A program made the translations under genes and the position numbers. Of a DNA stretch of 64,000 bases, positions 56,309-64,000 are shown in pieces; within the stretch, counting starts at the first letter, position 1; each line of letters opens with the position of its first letter. The stretch is from an uncultured Candidatus Saccharibacteria bacterium. Lineage in GTDB: Bacteria; Patescibacteriota; Minisyncoccia; UBA6257; Colwellbacteraceae. The notes beneath the pieces are model-generated. The model was not told the origin of the DNA. It saw only the letters and a list, made by a program, of their open reading frames with translations, and searched no databases. The stretch spans positions 6,152 through 70,151 of the forward strand of contig CAZXPC010000003.1 of the NCBI GenBank assembly GCA_964643135.1. The letters run 5' to 3'.

Positions 56309-57467
56309 CATGGAACCCCTCGCTTCTAAAATAAGACCCCAGAATCTGGACGAATTTATCGGGCAGCAGCACTTGGTCGGGCCGAGCAAGCCGCTTCGCG
56401 TAGCGATCGAGAAAAAGCATCTTTTCTCATTTATACTGTGGGGTCCGCCCGGAGTCGGCAAAACCACGCTGGCTAGGATCTATGCTCAATCTCTAAATGC
56501 TGATTATCACGAACTCTCGGCGGTTTCGGCCGGCAAGGATGATATCCGCAAAATTGTCGAAGCCAAGAATGATCTTTTTGATTCCGCCCGGCCCAAAATA
56601 CTCTTTTTAGACGAGATTCATCGGTTTAATAAAGCCCAACAAGATTTTTTACTGCCTTTTGTCGAGTCGGGCAAGCTGACCTTGATCGGCGCCACTACCG
56701 AGAACCCAAGCTTCGAGGTGATTGTGGCTCTGCTCTCAAGGTGCCGGGTTTTTGTGTTGGAAGAGCTTAAAGAAGCTGACATGAAGAGAATCATCGAACG
56801 CGCCGCCTCGGCGATGGGCTCCGGCATTAGCCCGGAAGCCGCCGAATGGATTATTTCTATGGCCGCCGGCGACGCGCGCCAAGCGATCGCCTTGATTGAA
56901 AACACATCGCGCCTTTACCACGACCTTACTCCGGCGAACCTTAAAAATGCTCTGCAGTCCCGACACTTGCGTTATGACAAAAAAGGGGAGGAGCACTACA
57001 ACACGATCAGCGCTTTCATCAAAAGCATACGCGCCTCACAGCCTGATGCCGCGCTTTACTACCTGGCCCGCATGATTGAGTCGGGCGAGGACCCTAAATT
57101 TATTGCGCGGCGGATGGTGATCTTTGCGAGTGAAGATATCGGCCTGGAAGATTCCGGCGCTTTGGCGCTCGCCAACGCTGTTTTCCAGGCGGTTGATACA
57201 ATCGGCCTGCCCGAATGCGGCATAAATCTGGCGCACGGAGTGGTTTATCTGTCTCTCGCGCCTAAAAGTAAAGCCTCGTATGAGGCTTACATGATGGCCA
57301 TGGAAGACGCTAAAAAATTAGGCAATCTGCCGATTCCTCTAAAGATCCGCAACGCGCCGACCAAGCTCATGAAAGATCTGGGTTATGGCCGCGGCTATGA
57401 ACGCTATTCGAAAGAAGACCTGATGCCGGAAACCTTGAAAGGCAGGAGGTATTTTAAAAAATCTTGA
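56309..57467 (+). CDS. rarA: Replication-associated recombination protein A (RarA/MgsA)
   Basis: Walker A FILWGPPGVGKTTLARIYA. Walker B ILFLDEIHRFNKAQQD. MgsA C-terminal domains. Start at MEPLASKIRPQNLDEF. Confidence 0.9.
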
Positions 57468-57575
57468 GGTTGTGTTAGACTTATCGAAGTTTGCGGCTGA
57501 GGTAAAACTGAATATATTTTTAAAATCAAGAAAACTCTTAGCAAAGAATAATTTGTGCTATAATATAACGATAAT

Positions 57576-58520
57576 ATGAATAAACAAGGACGCCAATCAG
57601 TTGTCGAAATTGTATACTACCTTGTTAGCTTTCTATTGTGGGGAGCTTACATGTACATAACTTTTACTGCGCCGATAAATAGAACCAGCACTCTTCTCCA
57701 GGGAGTGAGCGACATTCAGGTACGCCTCATCCAGATTAGCGTGGCCCTGCCTATTTTTATGACTTGGGCTCTGGGACTTTACGGCGGAGTCAGGCTTAAC
57801 CGCTATGCTAATTCGATCCAGGGAAGCAGCGAGGCGAAAGGCTTGCGAATGGTGTCTTATGGCATCATGGCTCTGGTCTTGGGAATTGCGGCCAACCAGG
57901 CGATGGGTTCTTTAAAATCTCTCTATTTAAACAATCCTGCCGCTTTGGAGACTATTATTATAGCCGCCAACTACTTAAAAATGATTGTGACGCTCTTGCC
58001 TTTTGCGATTATGCTTTGGGGTTCGCGCGCTCTTTTGAAATCTATGAATATCAAACCGAAAGAACGGTTCAATTTGTTTTTTCCGGCTTTTTCGCTCGTC
58101 GTAACGGCCAGTCTCTACTTGCTCCTGTATGTTCTCGACCCGGCCAGGCAAACATCAAGCGTCCCTTCGGTTACGCCGACCTATTATTTGTCTGACGGGA
58201 TCGTCATCCTCACCATCGTCGTGCCTTATTTCATAGCCTGGTGGATGGGATTTCTCGCTATCCTGAACATGGAAACTTATATGGAGCAGATCAACGGCGT
58301 TTTGTACAAGAAATCATTCGAACGGTTTTTGATAGGCTTCATCACGATTGTCATGGCTTCCATAGTATTCCAGATAGTTTCAACTATGGCCTCAAAGCTG
58401 ATTCAAATCGGCCTGGGTCCTATATTAATTCTAATTTATATTCTTCTTGCTATTTTAGCCGCGGGCTATATCATCATAGCCCTGGGAGCCAGACGATTAG
58501 ATAAAATAGAAACTGTTTAA
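57576..58520 (+). CDS. Hypothetical polytopic membrane protein
   Basis: 314-aa ORF, about 8 hydrophobic helices. No known family recognised. Confidence 0.5.
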   Translation: MNKQGRQSVVEIVYYLVSFLLWGAYMYITFTAPINRTSTLLQGVSDIQVRLIQISVALPIFMTWALGLYGGVRLNRYANSIQGSSEAKGLRMVSYGIMALVLGIAANQAMGSLKSLYLNNPAALETIIIAANYLKMIVTLLPFAIMLWGSRALLKSMNIKPKERFNLFFPAFSLVVTASLYLLLYVLDPARQTSSVPSVTPTYYLSDGIVILTIVVPYFIAWWMGFLAILNMETYMEQINGVLYKKSFERFLIGFITIVMASIVFQIVSTMASKLIQIGLGPILILIYILLAILAAGYIIIALGARRLDKIETV

Positions 58521-58536
58521 TTTATAAATAATATCC

Positions 58537-58797
58537 ATGGCAATGTATGATGAAGCGATAAAAATAACTACTGACTACCTCGGCCCCGCGGCCAAGCGTT
58601 TTGTCGACCGGCAAATAGTCGCTCATTTGAATAAGCAAAAACCGGAAGAACTGTCTAAGGAAGATATGCCCAAGTTCATTGAATGGGTCAGAATTTCTCT
58701 GTCGCTTTTGACCGAGGAGCAGAAAACTATTGACGACTGTGTGAACAGGCTGAAAACTCTGGAGGGGGGGGGATTAGTGCCTAACTCTGCGCTGTAA
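58537..58797 (+). CDS. Hypothetical small protein
   Basis: 86-aa ORF only. Confidence 0.35.
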   Translation: MAMYDEAIKITTDYLGPAAKRFVDRQIVAHLNKQKPEELSKEDMPKFIEWVRISLSLLTEEQKTIDDCVNRLKTLEGGGLVPNSAL

Positions 58798-58801
58798 GTC
58801 G

Positions 58802-59356
58802 TTAGCTCTGGGCCTTAAGTCTCGATTCGAGTTGGCTAATTTTTTCTTTCAGCTCGATCATTTTGAGTTCCCGGTCGACCATCAGCTTGTTTAAGCGGTT
58901 GACTTCTTCAAACTTACTCAATTTCTCCTGGGCATTTTTTTCTTCAGTAATGTCCCGGCTGATCATGGATAGTCCGTAGACTTCGTCTCGGTCGTCTTTC
59001 ACGGGAGACAAAGTCAGAGAAACTTCAATTTCCGAGCCGTTCTTTTTAACGTGTCCGCTTTCGTGGTTTTTCACCGGCTCTTTAGCCAGAACCTTCTTGG
59101 TTAATTCATCAATCTCGTCTGAGTGTTCCGCCGGCCAAAGCAAGCTGATGTTCCGGCCGATTACTTCGCTGGTTTTGTAGCCATAAATATTCTCAGCGGC
59201 TTTGTTCCAGCTCTGTATTCGGTTGGTTAAATCCATACTGATAATGGCGTCCTCAGAGGAATCGATGATAGCCGCCAGCTGCGCGTAAGTCTTAAAAAGC
59301 TTTGATTCGATCCGGACGATCGCTTCCTCCGGCAAGTCTGACAATGTGTTTGGCAT
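58802..59356 (-). CDS. PAS-domain protein with a C-terminal coiled coil
   Basis: AIISMDLTNRIQSWNKAAENIYGYKTSEVIGRNISLL is a PAS S-box. C-terminal heptad-like region. Confidence 0.7.
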   Translation of the reverse strand: MPNTLSDLPEEAIVRIESKLFKTYAQLAAIIDSSEDAIISMDLTNRIQSWNKAAENIYGYKTSEVIGRNISLLWPAEHSDEIDELTKKVLAKEPVKNHESGHVKKNGSEIEVSLTLSPVKDDRDEVYGLSMISRDITEEKNAQEKLSKFEEVNRLNKLMVDRELKMIELKEKISQLESRLKAQS

Positions 59357-59424
59357 GGGCGTCTATATTGGCATATTATAGCATTAAATTTGAAAAGCCG
59401 AATGCGCATGTTAATCTGGTTTAT

Positions 59425-59991
59425 ATGAAAGAACTTGAAGCGGTTACACAGATCTTAAAAGACGGCGGAGTTGGGGTGATGCCCACCGACACTATTTACG
59501 GCTTAGTTGGGTCGGCTTTGGCGAAAGATGTGGTAGAGAGGATTTATGCGATCAGGCTCAGGAATACCAAGAAGCCGATGATAATTCTAATCTCCAAACT
59601 TTCCGACCTCCATAAATTTGGCGTCAAACTGACTCCTCTGGACAAGCAAATCTTGAATGGAGTTTGGCCGGGCAAGGTCAGTGTAATTTTAAAAACCAGC
59701 TCCCGGAAGTTCGGATATTTGCGCCGCGGCCAGGGCTCTTTGGCTTTCAGATTGCCCCGGCATCAGAAATTGATGAAGATTTTGCGGAGAACCGGCCCGC
59801 TCACGGCGCCCAGCGCGAATTTAGAAGGCCGACCGCCGGCCAGAAATATCAAGGAAGCGATGAAGTATTTCGGCGACGGAGTTGATTTCTATTTCGACGC
59901 CGGAACGATCAGCGGCGGCCCCTCAACTTTGATATCTCTCTTTGCCGGCAAAGTGAAAGTTTTGCGCGGGCAACTTAAGCGTCTAAGTTGA
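59425..59991 (+). CDS. tsaC: L-threonylcarbamoyladenylate synthase (TsaC/YrdC family)
   Basis: GGVGVMPTDTIYGLVGSAL...KKPMIILI is the YrdC signature. The ORF-track start at 59302 is an upstream extension. Confidence 0.85.
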   Translation: MKELEAVTQILKDGGVGVMPTDTIYGLVGSALAKDVVERIYAIRLRNTKKPMIILISKLSDLHKFGVKLTPLDKQILNGVWPGKVSVILKTSSRKFGYLRRGQGSLAFRLPRHQKLMKILRRTGPLTAPSANLEGRPPARNIKEAMKYFGDGVDFYFDAGTISGGPSTLISLFAGKVKVLRGQLKRLS

Positions 59992-60032
59992 TATTTCGAG
60001 GCTTTCCGATAGAATTAGCTTCAGCCCGACAC

Positions 60033-61289
60033 ATGAACCAAAATAACGCTAAAAAAAGGCTTTTGCCGGTCATTTTATTCACGATCTTTATCGATATGAT
60101 CGGTTTCGGCATTATTATTCCGATAATGCCCCAGCTCTTCGCCAACCCGGCCTCGCCACTCTATCTTTTGCCTCGGGATTTCTCGTTAAAAACGGCCTAT
60201 ATTATTCTCGGTTTCATCATCGCGAGCTACCCGATCGCCCAGTTTATTTTTGCGCCGATCTTGGGACAGCTCTCCGATAAATTCGGGCGGAAGATTATTC
60301 TGGCGGTTTCGATCGGGGGCGCTTGCCTCGGCTATCTCTTTTTCGGTTTTGGAATTGCCGGTAAGAACTTGATCATGCTCTTTGTTTCCAGGCTGGTGGC
60401 CGGAGCGACCGGCGGCAATATCTCGATCGCGCAGGCTTCGATCGCGGACGTAACTTCTCCCGCCGACCGCGCCAAAAATTTCGGGCTGATGGGAGCGGCT
60501 TTCGGCCTCGGGTTTATTCTTGGCCCTTATATCGGCGGGAAATTGTCTGATCCCGGCTTGGTAAGCTGGTTCGATGCGACTACGCCGTTTTTCTTCGCTT
60601 CACTCCTGAGCTTTCTCAATCTGATTTCGGTGGCTCTTTTCTTTAAAGACACCAATCAGACCATGCTCCACATCAAAATCAACTTCTGGAGTTCCATTAA
60701 GAATATCGTTAAGGCTTTTACCCACGGGGACTTGAAGATGATCTTCATGACGGTTTTTATCTTCAACGCCGGATTCACCTTCTTTACGACCTTCTTTAAT
60801 GTTTTCTTGACCAACCGGTTTCATTTTAACCAGGGGAATATCGGCGACTTTTTTGCCTTTGTCGGCCTTTGCGTCGCTTTAGCCCAGGCCTTTGTTACCC
60901 GCGCGGTCGCTAAAAAATTCAAAGAGCACCAAATTTTGCGTGTCTCGATAATAATAAACGGCATTATTATTTTGCTTTTTCTTTTTGCCGGGTCGCCGTG
61001 GCAGTTATTTCTGATTGTGCCGGTTTTTGCGATCTTTAACGGTCTTTCTCAGGCTAATTCGGCCGCGCTTGTGAGCGCCTCGGCCCCTCAGAGCATTCAG
61101 GGAGAAGTTTTGGGTTTGAACACCAGCGTTACGGCTTTGGCGCAGTCCATTCCGCCTATTCTTTCCGGATTTATCGCGGCCAGCCTGACCCCAGAGTCGC
61201 CGATAATAGTCGCGGCTATTGTGGTCGCGGCAGCCGGAATATTTTTTAACGTTTTCTATAAACATCCTCCGGCCAGCCTGAATCATTAA
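60033..61289 (+). CDS. MFS transporter
   Basis: 12 predicted TM helices. MFS motif A-like (SDKFGRKIIL). Start at MNQNNAKKRLL. Confidence 0.85.
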   Translation: MNQNNAKKRLLPVILFTIFIDMIGFGIIIPIMPQLFANPASPLYLLPRDFSLKTAYIILGFIIASYPIAQFIFAPILGQLSDKFGRKIILAVSIGGACLGYLFFGFGIAGKNLIMLFVSRLVAGATGGNISIAQASIADVTSPADRAKNFGLMGAAFGLGFILGPYIGGKLSDPGLVSWFDATTPFFFASLLSFLNLISVALFFKDTNQTMLHIKINFWSSIKNIVKAFTHGDLKMIFMTVFIFNAGFTFFTTFFNVFLTNRFHFNQGNIGDFFAFVGLCVALAQAFVTRAVAKKFKEHQILRVSIIINGIIILLFLFAGSPWQLFLIVPVFAIFNGLSQANSAALVSASAPQSIQGEVLGLNTSVTALAQSIPPILSGFIAASLTPESPIIVAAIVVAAAGIFFNVFYKHPPASLNH

Positions 61290-61295
61290 ACGCCG

Positions 61296-63734
61296 ATGAT
61301 TAAAACTAAAAAGTTAATTCTCTGGTTTCGAGAAATAGGGCTCGGCGACGTCTCGCTGGTGGGAGGCAAGAACGCTTCATTAGGTGAGCTGGCTGCAAGT
61401 CTTCGATCGCCCGGCGTTAAAACTTCGGATGGATTTGCGATCACCACGGCCGGCTATCGTTTATTTATCGAGGAATCGGGTATTAAAAACAAAATTGAGC
61501 GGATCCTCGCGAAAATCAAAAAAGGGAACTTAAAGAGCCTAAAATCGGGGGCCCGGGAAATTCGGAATTTAATTCTGGAAGCTAAGATGCCGCAAGAATT
61601 GGAGGCTGAGATTTTGGCGGCCTACCAAAAGCTAGGGCGAATGTATTTTAAAAATCCTGACGTGGCGGTTAGATCGTCGGCGATCTTGGAAGACGCGCCG
61701 GATGCATCTTTTGCCGGACAGCAAGAGACGTATCTTAACGTAAGCGGCGAGCCAGCGCTAATCGCGGCGGTCAAAAAATGCATGGCGTCTCTTTTTACTG
61801 ATCGCGCTGTCTCTTACCGCGAGCATAAGGGCCTCGGCGGCTTAACTCGTTCGCTCGCAATGGCGGTCGGCGTGCAGAAAATGGTGAGGTCCGACCTCGC
61901 TTCGAGCGGAGTTATGTTTACGCTCGACACCGAAAGCGGATTTGACCAGGTTATCGCCATTGAGTCGGCCTATGGCTTGGGTGAGATGGTGGTGCAGGGC
62001 AAGATTAATCCGGATAGGTTCGTGGTATTTAAACCGGGACTGCTCACGGGCTACGAGTCGATTATTTCGAAAAGTCTCGGCAGCAAAAAGAAAAAATTTG
62101 TTTATTCAAAGAACGGAGTTGCCGAGCAGCCGGTTAACGGGCCCGATCAAATCAGGCTATCGCTCAGCGACAAGGAGATTCTTAATTTGGCTAAGGCCGG
62201 AGTAGCAATCGAAAAACATTTTTCAAAAAAAGCAGGCGCTAAGTTGAACGCGGAAGTGCCGATGGACATCGAATGGGCTAAGGACGGCCAAACGGGCGAA
62301 CTGTTTATACTGCAGGCGCGCCGAGAAACTGTTTTCGGGCGGCGAGCCGACATGAATTATCACGAAGAATATGTTTTGGAGAAATCATCTGAGCCGGCTA
62401 ATTTGTTAGTAACTGGTGCAGCGGTGGGCGCGAGAATCGGCGCAGGGCGCGTTTATCTGGCTAAAAGTTCTAAAGATTTGAATGGTTTTAAAAAAGGAGA
62501 TGTCTTGGTAACTGAGATCACCGATCCAGACTGGGAGCCGATCATGAAACTGGCCTCGGCGATTGTGACCGACAAGGGCGGCCGAACCAGCCATGCGGCC
62601 ATAGTTTCGCGGGAACTGGGTGTGCCATGCATTGTGGGTTCGAACGACGCGACTAAGACGTTAAAAAGCGGAATGTCAGTTACGGTTGATTGTTCAACCG
62701 GTGAAATCGGCCGAGTTTTCCAAGGTATTTTGAAATATCGAGTCAATAAGATTGATTTCGGCAAAGTGCCGATGACCAGAACTCGTGTGATGCTCAATAT
62801 CGGTGCGCCCGAAGAGGCCTTTAAATATGCCGCCTGGCCGGTTAAGGGTGTTGGCTTAGGCCGAATGGAATTTATTATTAATTCGACCATAAAAATTCAT
62901 CCGAATGCTCTGATCGATTATCGGAAACTAAAATTATCCAAAAACCCGCTGGAGAGGGCGGTGACTAAAAAGATTGAGAGTTTAACCGGCGCTTACCAGG
63001 ATAAGGAGCAGTTCTATATCGACAATCTAGCTTATGGCATTGGGAAAATCGCAGCAGCTTTTTCGCCTCACGATGTCATCATCAGATTTTCTGATTTCAA
63101 AACTAATGAATATCGCTCGCTCTTGGGCGGCGAGTTATATGAACCGCTAGAAGAAAATCCCATGCTGGGCTGGCGCGGTGCTTCCAGGTATTATCACCCT
63201 AATTTTATGAAAGCTTTTGGTTTGGAGTGCGAGGCGATTAAAAAAGTTCGCAACGAGATGGGTCTTAAAAATGTTGTTCCAATGATACCTTTCTGCCGCA
63301 CGCCCGAAGAGGGGAAGAGAGTTATTGATGCCATGAAGGCGAATGGTTTGGACCGAGGTCGCGACAAGAGCCTCAAGATATATATGATGTGCGAGATCCC
63401 GTCGAATGTTATTTTGGCTGATCAATTCTTAGATATTTTTGACGGCATGTCGATTGGTTCCAACGATTTGACCCAGCTAACTCTCGGTTTGGATCGAGAT
63501 TCGCACAATATAACTGGCATTGGCAACGAAAATAACCCCGCCGTTAAGGAATTGATCGGGCTGGCGATTGATAAATGCCAAGCCCGAGGCAAGTATATCG
63601 GCATTTGCGGCCAGGCGCCGTCGGACTACCCCGAATTTACTAAGTTCTTGATAGAGAAGGGCATAGACAGCGTTTCGCTAAACCCTGATTCGGTTTTGAA
63701 AACTATCGCTTTGATTCATAAAGAAGAGGCTTAG
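61296..63734 (+). CDS. ppsA: Phosphoenolpyruvate synthase / pyruvate, water dikinase
   Basis: N-terminal ATP-grasp-like PPDK_N. Phosphohistidine domain GGRTSHAAIVSRELGVPCIVG. C-terminal PEP-utilizing TIM barrel. Length is 812 aa. Confidence 0.9.
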   Translation: MIKTKKLILWFREIGLGDVSLVGGKNASLGELAASLRSPGVKTSDGFAITTAGYRLFIEESGIKNKIERILAKIKKGNLKSLKSGAREIRNLILEAKMPQELEAEILAAYQKLGRMYFKNPDVAVRSSAILEDAPDASFAGQQETYLNVSGEPALIAAVKKCMASLFTDRAVSYREHKGLGGLTRSLAMAVGVQKMVRSDLASSGVMFTLDTESGFDQVIAIESAYGLGEMVVQGKINPDRFVVFKPGLLTGYESIISKSLGSKKKKFVYSKNGVAEQPVNGPDQIRLSLSDKEILNLAKAGVAIEKHFSKKAGAKLNAEVPMDIEWAKDGQTGELFILQARRETVFGRRADMNYHEEYVLEKSSEPANLLVTGAAVGARIGAGRVYLAKSSKDLNGFKKGDVLVTEITDPDWEPIMKLASAIVTDKGGRTSHAAIVSRELGVPCIVGSNDATKTLKSGMSVTVDCSTGEIGRVFQGILKYRVNKIDFGKVPMTRTRVMLNIGAPEEAFKYAAWPVKGVGLGRMEFIINSTIKIHPNALIDYRKLKLSKNPLERAVTKKIESLTGAYQDKEQFYIDNLAYGIGKIAAAFSPHDVIIRFSDFKTNEYRSLLGGELYEPLEENPMLGWRGASRYYHPNFMKAFGLECEAIKKVRNEMGLKNVVPMIPFCRTPEEGKRVIDAMKANGLDRGRDKSLKIYMMCEIPSNVILADQFLDIFDGMSIGSNDLTQLTLGLDRDSHNITGIGNENNPAVKELIGLAIDKCQARGKYIGICGQAPSDYPEFTKFLIEKGIDSVSLNPDSVLKTIALIHKEEA

Positions 63735-63791
63735 GAGCCGGTTGAAACTTGCTAAGAAGGCGGTTTCCAGATATTCTAGGTTACGTTAAAT

Positions 63792-64000
63792 ATGATCAAT
63801 ATCCCCACAGTTTCGGCTGAGAAAGTTTTCGACATCGCCGGCTTTCCGGTGACCAACACGCTTCTTTTGAGCGTCATCGTGGCTATTTTTCTGATTATTG
63901 TTTCGTTTTTGATCAAATTAAAGTTCGCGGTGGTGCCGAGGGGGCTGCAAAATTTATTTGAATGGATAGTTGAGCAGATGCTGGACCTAACCGAAGGTAT
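63792..64000 (+). CDS. atpB: F0F1 ATP synthase subunit a (partial; continues beyond the 3' edge)
   Basis: MINIPTVSAEKVFDIAGFPVTNTLLLSVIVAIFLII is a typical subunit-a N-terminus. No stop in the window. Confidence 0.7.
   Translation, partial: MINIPTVSAEKVFDIAGFPVTNTLLLSVIVAIFLIIVSFLIKLKFAVVPRGLQNLFEWIVEQMLDLTEG

Overview
This 64-kb window appears to come from a small streamlined genome, probably Candidate Phyla Radiation / Patescibacteria. Supporting signs are a stand-alone 5'-3' exonuclease, lamin-tail-domain proteins, T4SS-type pilin arrays, an orphan solute-binding protein and many short hypothetical membrane proteins. Background GC is about 45-50%, and several short islets reach about 58-62%.

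The core content is housekeeping genes: ruvC, yebC, pilB, guaB, ruvB, tsaE, fpg, holA, rpsT, trxB, ftsH, rpsA, gyrA, xerC-like, rpsO, pnp, nusA, clpP, tyrS, rarA, tsaC, ppsA, and a partial PBP1A at the 5' edge and partial atpB at the 3' edge. There are 11 tRNA genes, including a five-gene cluster at 52.06-52.63 kb. No rRNA genes and no CRISPR array were seen.

The noteworthy accessory content:
- A membrane-anchored VirB4/VirD4-like ATPase, and separately a tandem array of four TrbC/VirB2-like pilin paralogs.
- Directly downstream of the pilin array, a winged-helix regulator fused to a Cas2-like domain, bracketed by three copies of the palindrome TTCACGATCGTGAA.
- A single high-GC gene for an archaeal/eukaryotic-type Orc1/Cdc6 AAA+ ATPase, inserted right after the tRNA cluster.
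- A tRNA-Leu whose 3' 25 nt are duplicated 100 bp downstream, followed by a high-GC islet (lipoprotein plus a large FN3 / Tyr-repeat surface protein) and a tyrosine recombinase.
- A free-standing LAGLIDADG homing endonuclease abutting tRNA-Val, next to a yraN gene flanked by a perfect 20-bp inverted repeat.
- A dispersed, modular family of ORF-free intergenic repeats at four loci, with compensatory stem changes that suggest structured RNA elements.
- Several high-GC ORFs that share a near-identical TTGACA promoter module.
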